Assembly (NCBI GenBank): GCA_943788915.1
Contig: CALSSD010000005.1
Location: 62,001-126,000, forward strand
Direction of reading: 5' to 3'
From: an uncultured Acidimicrobiales bacterium
GTDB lineage: Bacteria; Actinomycetota; Acidimicrobiia; Acidimicrobiales; UBA10347
DNA: 64,000 nucleotides
The translations under genes and the position numbers were made by a program. This document shows positions 56,340 through 64,000 of the stretch, in pieces; within the stretch, counting starts at the first letter, position 1, and every line of letters starts with the position of its first letter. The notes under the pieces are model-generated. The model saw nothing but the letters and a program-made list of their open reading frames with translations, was not told the origin of the DNA and did no database searches.

Positions 56340-57551
56340 CTACCAGGGAAGCAGGGTCGCGTGAATACCTTCGTCCAGAAGTGCGACCAGCACCTCTTCG
56401 GCATGTGCGAAGTCCAGGGTGTCAATGCGCAGTTCGAGCAGCGCACTGCGGGCGCCGGTGGAGCCAAGACCATCGTGGTCGACCTGGACCACGTTGGCAC
56501 GAGCCGACGCGATGATCGATGCGACCTGAGCAAGCCGCCCTGGGATGTCGTCGAGTTCGACTCGAATGCGGTTCAACCGGCCCTGGTTGGCCAGGCCCCT
56601 GAGCGTGACACTGGACAACGTACGCGGATCGATGTTGCCGCCACAGAGCACCAAGCCGACTCGCTGCCCCGCGAACACATCGGGATATTGGAGGCAGGCG
56701 GCGAGGGCAGCCGCACCAGCACCTTCGACCACGGTCTTCTCAATCTCAAGCAACATGGCGATGGCCTCCTCGATCGCAGCCTCGCTGACAACAAGCACCT
56801 GGACCCGATGATCACGAAGGAGCTTTTCGGTGATCGAGCCAGCCTCGCTCACGGCAATACCGTCCGCCACGGTCGATCCGGCAAGTGCCGTGGAGGCCCG
56901 ACCAGCAAGGGCGTCGGCCATAGACGGGTACCGCTCGGTCTGGACACCGACCACTCGCACGGGCCGATCGTGATCCGCCGCTGCCACCGCGATGCCCGAG
57001 GCGAGCCCGCCGCCACCTACGGCAGCCAGGATCACATCGAGCTCGGGTTCCTGTTCGAGCATCTCGATGCCAACAGTGCCTTGGCCGGCAATCACCACGG
57101 GGTCATTAAACGGGTGGATGAATTCGAGGCCACGCTCCTCGGCGAGCGCACGAGCGTGCACGGCAGCTTCCATCACGTCGGCGCCAGCCAGTTCGACGGT
57201 CGCACCAAGATCACGGGTGCGTGCGACCTTGACGAACGGCGTGTTGTTCGGCATCACGATGGTGGTCTCGAGCCCAAGTTGCGAGCCGTGATAGGCAACA
57301 CCTTGGGCATGGTTGCCAGCCGACATTGCGATCACGCCCGTGCCTGGCGCAACATTCAGTAACCGGTTGCGGGCGCCGCGACCCTTGAACGATCCGGTGT
57401 ACTGCAGGTTCTCGAACTTGAGATGAACGGTGGCACCAACAATCTCGGACAGGGTCCGTGAATGGGTCAGGGGTGTACGTTCAAGCGCACCGTCGAGGCG
57501 TCTTACAGCATCACGAACATCGTCGATTGTCACTGCGGGCTGTTCGGTCAC
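56340..57551 (-). CDS. ilvA: Threonine ammonia-lyase with C-terminal ACT domain
   Basis: KFENLQYTGSFK.RG, SAGNHAQG, HPF, GGGGL, EGAGA, GGNID, DIPG.L. Confidence 0.88.
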   Translation of the reverse strand: MTEQPAVTIDDVRDAVRRLDGALERTPLTHSRTLSEIVGATVHLKFENLQYTGSFKGRGARNRLLNVAPGTGVIAMSAGNHAQGVAYHGSQLGLETTIVMPNNTPFVKVARTRDLGATVELAGADVMEAAVHARALAEERGLEFIHPFNDPVVIAGQGTVGIEMLEQEPELDVILAAVGGGGLASGIAVAAADHDRPVRVVGVQTERYPSMADALAGRASTALAGSTVADGIAVSEAGSITEKLLRDHRVQVLVVSEAAIEEAIAMLLEIEKTVVEGAGAAALAACLQYPDVFAGQRVGLVLCGGNIDPRTLSSVTLRGLANQGRLNRIRVELDDIPGRLAQVASIIASARANVVQVDHDGLGSTGARSALLELRIDTLDFAHAEEVLVALLDEGIHATLLPW

Positions 57552-57609
57552 GTGGCGAGAGTATCCGTCTGACCGTGGCGAAGCCGCTGCAATCGAGCAC
57601 AATCAATAG

Positions 57610-58038
57610 GTGGATCGCACTATCTCGGCAACCGTCGACGCGGCGCCTGAGTCAATCATGGCTGCATTGGCTGACCTCGGCACCTACCCCGAATGGCTCA
57701 CGCTGGTAACCAGCGCCCAACCCGACGGTGATGCTGCATGGTTCGTAACACTTCGGGCTCGCCTTGGACCGCTCGCTCGTTCGAAGCGGTTACGCATGGT
57801 CAGAACCGAACTTCATGAGACGTCGGTGAGATTTGAACGGGCCGAAATCGACGGCCGAGATCATGCCGAGTGGGTGCTGACTGCTGGACTCGAACCAGTT
57901 GGGTCCACTACCTGCGAGGTCAAAGTGCACCTGCACTACGGCGGCGCGTTGTGGTCAGCTCCACTTGAAATCGTGCTCGCCTCGTTCGAGGGCAGCGCTG
58001 CGGATCGACTCGGCACCTATCTGAGCAGTACGAAGTAG
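57610..58038 (+). CDS. SRPBCC family protein
   Basis: DLGTYPEWL, LRARLGPLARSKRLRM, LHYGG.LW. Confidence 0.7.
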   Translation: MDRTISATVDAAPESIMAALADLGTYPEWLTLVTSAQPDGDAAWFVTLRARLGPLARSKRLRMVRTELHETSVRFERAEIDGRDHAEWVLTAGLEPVGSTTCEVKVHLHYGGALWSAPLEIVLASFEGSAADRLGTYLSSTK

Positions 58039-58078
58039 GCATGCAGGTGCGCAACGGTGTCATAAAGATGAGGACTCG

Positions 58079-59197
58079 ATGACTGAACTCGTGATGTTGG
58101 ATATGGCCGCCGGGCCCGGCTTCGTCCACGCCTTGGAACGGGTGTGGGCCGCCGGCGATGCGGTGTTTCCTCTCGATCAGCGGTTGCCGCGAGCCGAGGC
58201 AGGCCGAGTGATCGCGGTAGTCCAGCCCACTGCCGTCATCGGTGCCGACGGCGAGCGCACCCGGCTAGCGGGCAAACCGTTGCAGTCGGGCGACGCCGTG
58301 GTGGTTGCAACTTCGGGCACCACCGGAAACCCCAAGGCAGTGATCCACACCCACACATCGGTTGCTGCCTCGGCCCATGCGACCAGCGACGGTTTGGGCG
58401 CCGATCCAGCCACCGATCATTGGCTCGCGTGCCTGCCACCAGCCCATATCGGTGGTTTAGCCGTGATCATGCGTTCGCTCATCACCGGCACCGAACTAAC
58501 GGTGCACGAACACTTCGATCCAGCTGCGGCAGACCAGGCCGCGGCCGAGGGAGTCACGCTCGTCTCACTCGTGACCCGAGCACTGAATCAGGTGGATATC
58601 TTCGGATTCCGCAAAGTTCTGATCGGTGGCGCCGCTCCCCCGCCGGATCTTCCCGACCATGTCATCGCCACCTATGGCATGACCGAGACCGGCTCCGGTT
58701 GTGTCTACGACGGTTATCCACTCGATGGTGTCGAGCTACGGGCTGCTGCCAGCGGCGAGATCGAGATCCGGTCCGAACTGTTGCTGCGGGCGTATCGCAC
58801 CGGCGAAGGCGAGATCAATCCGTTCCGACCCGACGGCTGGTTTCCGACCGGCGACCTCGGCCGAATCGATCCCGATGGGCGGCTATGGATCGACGGCCGA
58901 GCCGGCGACATGATCATCACCGGCGGCGAAAATGTGTGGCCGCATCGCATCGAACGAGTCTTGGAGACTCACTCGGCGATCGTTGAAGCTGCGGTCATCG
59001 GTCGACCCGACCCCGACTGGGGGCACCGCGTTGTGGCATTCATCGTGGCGGCAGGCAATGTCGTGCCCAGCCTGGACGAGATCCGCGACCATGTGCGGGC
59101 TGACCTACCCGCTTGGAACGCCCCGAAAGAACTTGTCGTCGTCGACGCGCTGCCAAAGACTGCACTTGGCAAGATCCGCAAGTCTGACCTCCTCTAA
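58079..59197 (+). CDS. menE: o-Succinylbenzoate--CoA ligase (short AMP-binding enzyme)
   Basis: TSGTTGNPK, WL.CLP..HIGG, TYGMTET, TGDLG, ITGGENV, TALGK; men gene context. Confidence 0.8.
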   Translation: MTELVMLDMAAGPGFVHALERVWAAGDAVFPLDQRLPRAEAGRVIAVVQPTAVIGADGERTRLAGKPLQSGDAVVVATSGTTGNPKAVIHTHTSVAASAHATSDGLGADPATDHWLACLPPAHIGGLAVIMRSLITGTELTVHEHFDPAAADQAAAEGVTLVSLVTRALNQVDIFGFRKVLIGGAAPPPDLPDHVIATYGMTETGSGCVYDGYPLDGVELRAAASGEIEIRSELLLRAYRTGEGEINPFRPDGWFPTGDLGRIDPDGRLWIDGRAGDMIITGGENVWPHRIERVLETHSAIVEAAVIGRPDPDWGHRVVAFIVAAGNVVPSLDEIRDHVRADLPAWNAPKELVVVDALPKTALGKIRKSDLL

Positions 59198-59242
59198 GGA
59201 GACAGGCGGCTACAGGGACAGGCGCCGGGCTGCGCTCGGGGC

Positions 59243-59737
59243 CTAGAGGGTGGCCTTGCGGTCGGTCCATGCATCGACGAGCGCCGGTGCCTCGGCTGCG
59301 AATCGTTCGAGGTCACCTGGCTCGGTCGTACGAGCCGTGAGCTCGAGTCGATGGCCGCTTGGGTCATAAAAATAGATCGACCGGATGAATCCATGATCGA
59401 CGGGCCCGAGGACCTCAATGTTGTGGGCATCGAGGTTCTTATGGGCGATGTCGAGCGCTTCGACCGATTCCACTTCGAGCGCAAGATGTTGCGCCCAGTC
59501 AGGGTTTGATTCCTGATCGATGGTGGTTTCGTCGACCAGATCGAAGAACGCGACCCAACTGCCGTCGGCCATCTCGAAGAACAGATGGCAATGGGGCGCG
59601 AACTCTTGTGTCGATGGCACCCGATCTTGGGTGATCACATGAGCGAGTTTCATGCCCAATACATCGCGATAAAACTGCATGGTCTCACCAGCGTCTCGAC
59701 ACCGATAGGCCACATGGTTGAGCTTCTGTACGTCCAC
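59243..59737 (-). CDS. VOC family protein
   Basis: LNHVAYRC, HLFF, AFF, QHLA, SIYFYDPSGHRLEL. Confidence 0.88.
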   Translation of the reverse strand: MDVQKLNHVAYRCRDAGETMQFYRDVLGMKLAHVITQDRVPSTQEFAPHCHLFFEMADGSWVAFFDLVDETTIDQESNPDWAQHLALEVESVEALDIAHKNLDAHNIEVLGPVDHGFIRSIYFYDPSGHRLELTARTTEPGDLERFAAEAPALVDAWTDRKATL

Positions 59738-59921
59738 CCCACCAGCGTAGGCCACCAGCGCGTTTCGTGCCCGGGCCGCCCTTGGTCAGAAACAGCGCGA
59801 CAAAACCGCCGGCCCATGCCTCTGCCTATGGCCCGACCTCTTGGGGCGTCGATTCCCCATCGTGGTTTCTCAGCGCAGTTCAGAGAACTGCACGGCAATC
59901 GCATGCTGCTAGCTTCGGCAC

Positions 59922-60662
59922 ATGACGTCTTCTTCAACCGCCGACATCGAGTTCTTCTTCGACCCGATTTGTCCGTTTGCCTGGGTCACGTCGCGGTGGG
60001 TCGAAAAGGTCGTCGCCCAGTCTGGCTACAGCGTTGACTGGCGCTTCATCAGCCTTCGTATCCTGAACAAGGAAAAGGACTACGACACCGAATTTCCAGC
60101 TGGTTACGAACACGGACACACTGCTGGACTTCGCATGTTGCGGGTCGCTGCTGCTGTCCGCGATGAACTCGGAAGCGAACCGCTCGGAGCCCTCTACACC
60201 GCGTTTGGCGACAGCTACTTCAGCGTCGATCAGGCCGACGGTAAGGCAGCTCGAGCTGCCCTTGGATCAATCGAAGCTGCCACCGCTTGCCTCGCCACGG
60301 CCGGGCTGGACACGAAGTACGCCGCAGCGGCCGACGATACCTCGTGGGATCAACTGATCGAGGAAGAAACCGAGCTCGCATTGTCCCGCACCGGGCGCGA
60401 TGTTGGGACCCCGATCATCACCTTCCAGCCGCCAGACGGGCTGTCGTTCTTCGGACCCGTGATCAGCCGCGTGCCCGCCGACGAAGACGCACTTCCGCTC
60501 TGGGAAGCAGTCACTACGTTGGCCCGTTTCCCCGGCTTCGCAGAGATGAAACGCAGCATGCGCGAAGCGCCACAACTTAATGTGCTCGGCGGCGTCAGCG
60601 AATCGCCAAAGATGGAAGATTGGAAGGGCGGCCACCGGGCTGGGCACCTTCCAAACGAGTGA
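59922..60662 (+). CDS. DsbA-like Rv2466c-family (mycothiol-dependent reductase) protein
   Basis: FDPICPFAWVTSRW, DVGTPII, FFGPVISR.P, FAEMKRS. Confidence 0.85.
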   Translation: MTSSSTADIEFFFDPICPFAWVTSRWVEKVVAQSGYSVDWRFISLRILNKEKDYDTEFPAGYEHGHTAGLRMLRVAAAVRDELGSEPLGALYTAFGDSYFSVDQADGKAARAALGSIEAATACLATAGLDTKYAAAADDTSWDQLIEEETELALSRTGRDVGTPIITFQPPDGLSFFGPVISRVPADEDALPLWEAVTTLARFPGFAEMKRSMREAPQLNVLGGVSESPKMEDWKGGHRAGHLPNE

Positions 60663-61306
60663 CCACTACTTTTCCCTCGACACGGCTCTTCGCCGGGTTT
60701 CACTGGCTTCCCGTAGCCCTCCCCAGGACTCGGCGAATCATTCAGCTGCTGTGTGGTTTGGCGCTCTTCGCAACTGCGCTGTCGTTTACCGTCGAACCAC
60801 GGTTGGGGGCAAGCCCGTGGACGGTGTTTCACGAGGGTGCCAGCGATACGACCGGTCTCACGTTTGGCACCACCGTGTCACTGACTGGGGTCCTCCTGCT
60901 GGCCGCGTTGTGGCGGCTGAAAGAACCTGTTGGGCTTGGCACCGTGCTGAACGTAGCGATCATCGGGCCGATCGCCGATCTGGCATTATGGGCGATTCCT
61001 GATCTCGAAAACATGCCCGTTCGCGTGCTTATGCTGGCGGCCGCTCCGGTATTGCTCGGACTCGGAAGCGGCCTGTACCTGGGTGCGAGCGTCGGGCCCG
61101 GACCGCGCGACGGCATCATGACCGCCCTCAATCGAAGAGGCGTCGAGACCTGGGTAGCGCGCACTGCTATCGAACTCACGGCACTCGCCGTTGGTTTCTT
61201 GCTAGGCGGCGTGGCTGGTCTGGGAACAATTTGGATGGCCATTGCTGTCGGACCATGTGTGCAGTTCTTCCTCCCGTCGTTCAGAATTGAAGCGAATGAC
61301 TCCTGA
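60659..61306 (+). CDS. YczE/YyaS/YitT family membrane protein
   Basis: LGASPW.VFH.G, GLGT, LYLGA..GPGPRDGIM, R..IE, GLGT motifs. Confidence 0.88.
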   Translation: MTTTFPSTRLFAGFHWLPVALPRTRRIIQLLCGLALFATALSFTVEPRLGASPWTVFHEGASDTTGLTFGTTVSLTGVLLLAALWRLKEPVGLGTVLNVAIIGPIADLALWAIPDLENMPVRVLMLAAAPVLLGLGSGLYLGASVGPGPRDGIMTALNRRGVETWVARTAIELTALAVGFLLGGVAGLGTIWMAIAVGPCVQFFLPSFRIEANDS

Positions 61307-62120
61307 ACCAGCAGACCTGTCGGTCCTGACCTCGACCTGGCCGGGCTCCAGCGTGCTTGCCATCGCTGATGAAACGTCGGCGATTGGTAGCACCGGCGAC
61401 CTTGACTGGGTCACGCGTATTGCGTCGATTTCAAAACTGTTCACCTCCTATGCGTGCCTCGTCGCACTCGAGGAAGGCACGATCTCGCTCGACGACCCTG
61501 CCGGACCAGACGGTTCCACGGTCCGCCATCTGATGGCGCATGCCTCGGGGTTGGGTTTCGAGACTGATGCCAGCAGCACGTTCTCACCCGGCACGCGACG
61601 TATCTACTCGAACGTAGGCATGGAGCAGCTCGCCGCCCATCTTGAGGCCGCTGCGGGTATGTCGTTTACTGACTATCTCGTCGAAGCGGTCATCGAGCCG
61701 CTGGGCCTGATCGGCTTCGAGGCGTCGGGTTCGCCCGCACACGGCATGCGAGCCTCGGTGAACCACTTGCTCGTCTTTGGGCGTGAACTGCTCCGGCCCA
61801 CGCTGATTGCGCCCGAGACACTCGCTCAGGCCACGTCTCCCGTGTTCCCCGAACTCCGGGGTGCACTTCCTGGATTTGGCTCAGCTGACCCGAACCTCTG
61901 GGGCCTCGGCTTCGAGATCCGGGGTAACAAGAAGCCACACTGGACCGGCATCCTCCACGACCCCACAACGTTCGGCCACTTCGGCGGTTCAGGGTCCTTC
62001 CTGTGGGTCGATCCCTCCCGCCGACTCATCGGAGCGTCGGTGTCAACCGAGGTGTTTGGACAGTGGGCCGTCGACGGCTGGGCAACCGTCAACACGGTCC
62101 TCATAGAACGTTACGGATAA
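61296..62120 (+). CDS. Serine hydrolase (beta-lactamase family)
   Basis: ASISK, LMAHASG, YSN, WGLG, FGHFG motifs. Confidence 0.88.
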   Translation: MTPEPADLSVLTSTWPGSSVLAIADETSAIGSTGDLDWVTRIASISKLFTSYACLVALEEGTISLDDPAGPDGSTVRHLMAHASGLGFETDASSTFSPGTRRIYSNVGMEQLAAHLEAAAGMSFTDYLVEAVIEPLGLIGFEASGSPAHGMRASVNHLLVFGRELLRPTLIAPETLAQATSPVFPELRGALPGFGSADPNLWGLGFEIRGNKKPHWTGILHDPTTFGHFGGSGSFLWVDPSRRLIGASVSTEVFGQWAVDGWATVNTVLIERYG

Positions 62121-62127
62121 CCCGCTG

Positions 62128-62946
62128 GTGGGACTGTTAGTCGTCCGCATCGAGGACGTCGATCTGGATGCTTGCAGTGACTGGTTGTGGCAATTGGGTG
62201 CAACCGCTATCGAAGAACGGCCCGACGGCGACCGGCTTGCGCTCTTCGTCGGGTTCGCCGACGATGGCCTGGCATTGGCCGCCCGTTCGATTCTCAATGA
62301 ACGTTGGCCGTGCCGGTTCGAGAGCACCGGCGACGAGTCAGCGTGGCGCGACGAATGGATGAGGTGGATCGAGCCGATTCATGTGGCTGGTTTTGTGGTC
62401 CATGCCCCGTGGCATGACCCGGCGCTGTGGGCCGACGGCCCCGACGACGCTGCGGAACTCTCGATCGACCCCGGCCGAGCGTTCGGATCAGGGCATCACC
62501 CCACGACTCGGCTCACCTTGGCCGCGATGCGGTCACTTGTTGTACCCGGTGCGAACCTGCTTGATGTGGGCTGTGGCACGGGCATTCTGTCGATCGCCGC
62601 CGCCCGACTCGGGGCCAGGCCCGTCGTTGGGATCGACCTGGACTACGACATCATCGAGGTCGCTGCGGCGAACGTCGAAGCCAATGGTGTCGCCGGCCAC
62701 GTGGCACTTCTGACTGACCCGGTCGAAGATCTTGGTGACCGATTCGACATCGTCGTCGCCAACATTGTGATCGGCGACCTGACCCCGCTCATGCCAGCGA
62801 TCGTGGACCTGGCTGATCAGGCGGTCATCATCAGTGGCTTCCTCGATGACCAACTCGAGAAGCTCCTGACTCAGGTCGATATCACCGTCACCACCCGCAC
62901 CACCCTCGACGGCTGGGGCTGCGCCGTCCTCACCCCCACCAACTAA
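62128..62946 (+). CDS. prmA: 50S ribosomal protein L11 methyltransferase
   Basis: IDPGRAFGSGHHPTT, LDVGCGTGILS, VVANI, ISG motifs. Confidence 0.9.
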   Translation: MGLLVVRIEDVDLDACSDWLWQLGATAIEERPDGDRLALFVGFADDGLALAARSILNERWPCRFESTGDESAWRDEWMRWIEPIHVAGFVVHAPWHDPALWADGPDDAAELSIDPGRAFGSGHHPTTRLTLAAMRSLVVPGANLLDVGCGTGILSIAAARLGARPVVGIDLDYDIIEVAAANVEANGVAGHVALLTDPVEDLGDRFDIVVANIVIGDLTPLMPAIVDLADQAVIISGFLDDQLEKLLTQVDITVTTRTTLDGWGCAVLTPTN

Positions 62947-62988
62947 CGAATCGGTGCCAGGCACCTGTGCGTTAGTTGGTGGGGGTGA
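62930..62988. repeat. 59-bp inverted repeat spanning the prmA and tag stop codons
   Basis: TCACCCCCACCAACTAACG-aatc-GGTGC-CAG-GCACC-tgtg-CGTTAGTTGGTGGGGGTGA. Confidence 0.9.
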
Positions 62989-63595
62989 TCTTGGCTTGTT
63001 CGGCGGCACAGATCTCGTGCCATTCACAGCCTTCGACATGATCGTTGACCAAACCCATGGCTTGCATGAACGCGTAGGCAGTTGTTGGGCCGAAGAACTT
63101 CCACCCACGTTTCTTCAGATCCTTACTGAGTGCCGCAGACGTCTTCGTCTGATTGGGCACGAGCAGGCTGGGTTCCTTCAGATCCGGCTCACGTTCAGTT
63201 GGACGCCATTCCCAGATGTAGTTCCTCACTGAGCCACACTCCTCGATCATCTCCAAAGCACGGGCAGCGTTATTGATCGTTGCCTCGATCTTTCCTCGAT
63301 GGCGGATGATCCCTGCGTCCTGCAACAGACGTTCGACATCGGCCTCGGTGTACTCGGCAACGGCATCGATATCGAAGTTGGCAAACGCCGCTCGGAAGTT
63401 TTCTCGTTTGCGCAGAATCGTGATCCACGAAAGGCCCGATTGGAATCCTTCTAAACAGATTTTCTCGAACAGTCGGTCGTCGGCCAGTGTGGGCCGGCCC
63501 CACTCTTCGTCGTGGTAGATCGTGTAGTCCGGGAGATCTCCTGGCCACCAACAACGCAGCCTGCCGTCGGTCCCATGGTTAAGCAATTCGCCCAT
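62972..63595 (-). CDS. tag: DNA-3-methyladenine glycosylase I
   Basis: RC.W, YHDEEWG, LEGFQSGLSW.TILRKRENFR, IIRHRGKI, FFGPTT.YAFMQA.G.VNDH..C. Confidence 0.95.
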   Translation of the reverse strand: MGELLNHGTDGRLRCWWPGDLPDYTIYHDEEWGRPTLADDRLFEKICLEGFQSGLSWITILRKRENFRAAFANFDIDAVAEYTEADVERLLQDAGIIRHRGKIEATINNAARALEMIEECGSVRNYIWEWRPTEREPDLKEPSLLVPNQTKTSAALSKDLKKRGWKFFGPTTAYAFMQAMGLVNDHVEGCEWHEICAAEQAKITPTN

Positions 63596-63663
63596 GTCCT
63601 CACCCTAGGGGACCACCTCTTTTGACGGTCCCGAATCTCTAGTCATGCAGCTATTCTTTCCCG

Positions 63664-64000
63664 ATGGATGAGATCCGCTACGGCGTCATCGGAACTGGCA
63701 TGATGGGCATTGAGCACATCGAGAACATTGCCGAAGTGGACGGAGCCAGAGTCACGGCCGTATCGGATCCCGACCCTGTCTCCCTCGCAAACGGCGCAAA
63801 CAACGTCGGCCAGGGTGTGGCGACCTTTGCCGACCATCGGGATCTGCTCGAAGCCGACGTGTGTGACGCTGTAGTACTGGTGTCGCCCAACTACACACAC
63901 CACGCGGTGCTTGGTGATCTGCTGGCATCGGACCTGCACGTGCTCACGGAGAAACCCATGTGCATTTCGACGGAAGAATGCCTCGACGTGGTCGCCGCAG
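63664..64000 (+). CDS. Gfo/Idh/MocA family oxidoreductase, 3'-truncated by the window edge (absent from the ORF track)
   Basis: MDEIRYGVIGTGMMGIEH..., SPNYTH, HVLTEKPMC. Confidence 0.85.
   Translation, partial: MDEIRYGVIGTGMMGIEHIENIAEVDGARVTAVSDPDPVSLANGANNVGQGVATFADHRDLLEADVCDAVVLVSPNYTHHAVLGDLLASDLHVLTEKPMCISTEECLDVVAA

Overview
GC-rich, gene-dense chromosomal window. The gene content and protein style suggest an actinobacterium, probably class Acidimicrobiia; this is inferred, not searched. Main blocks in order: IOR-family oxidoreductase and Sua5; a decaying PadR/PIG-L/MBL/methyltransferase islet; acyl-CoA dehydrogenase, a redoxin-CcdA pair and an MFS transporter; a reductive pyrimidine/beta-alanine catabolic operon that has an F420-type LLM oxidoreductase but no PreT/PreA, next to a divergent MocR regulator; an intact IS30 element inserted in the centre of a REP-like palindrome; valS with unusual insertions; a cyclase-STAND-TPR protein; class Ia nrdAB; a cytochrome c-SCO-cupredoxin-membrane protein-TlpA operon beside a SigC-like ECF sigma/anti-sigma pair, with two matching GGAAC-N17-CGACCAT promoters; scattered menaquinone genes (menC/H/D/F/E) interrupted by a small catabolic block; prmA and tag. 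The best novel leads are (1) the ECF-controlled copper/cytochrome operon, (2) the F420-LLM pyrimidine pathway, (3) a family of CAG-centred palindromes, one of which makes prmA and tag end in the same TPTN* sequence, and (4) a dispersed ~110-bp intergenic element present twice. Several genes carry single-base indels, mostly in homopolymers, so some 'pseudogenes' may be assembly errors. No rRNA, tRNA or CRISPR array was seen. All product calls come from motif recognition by eye.
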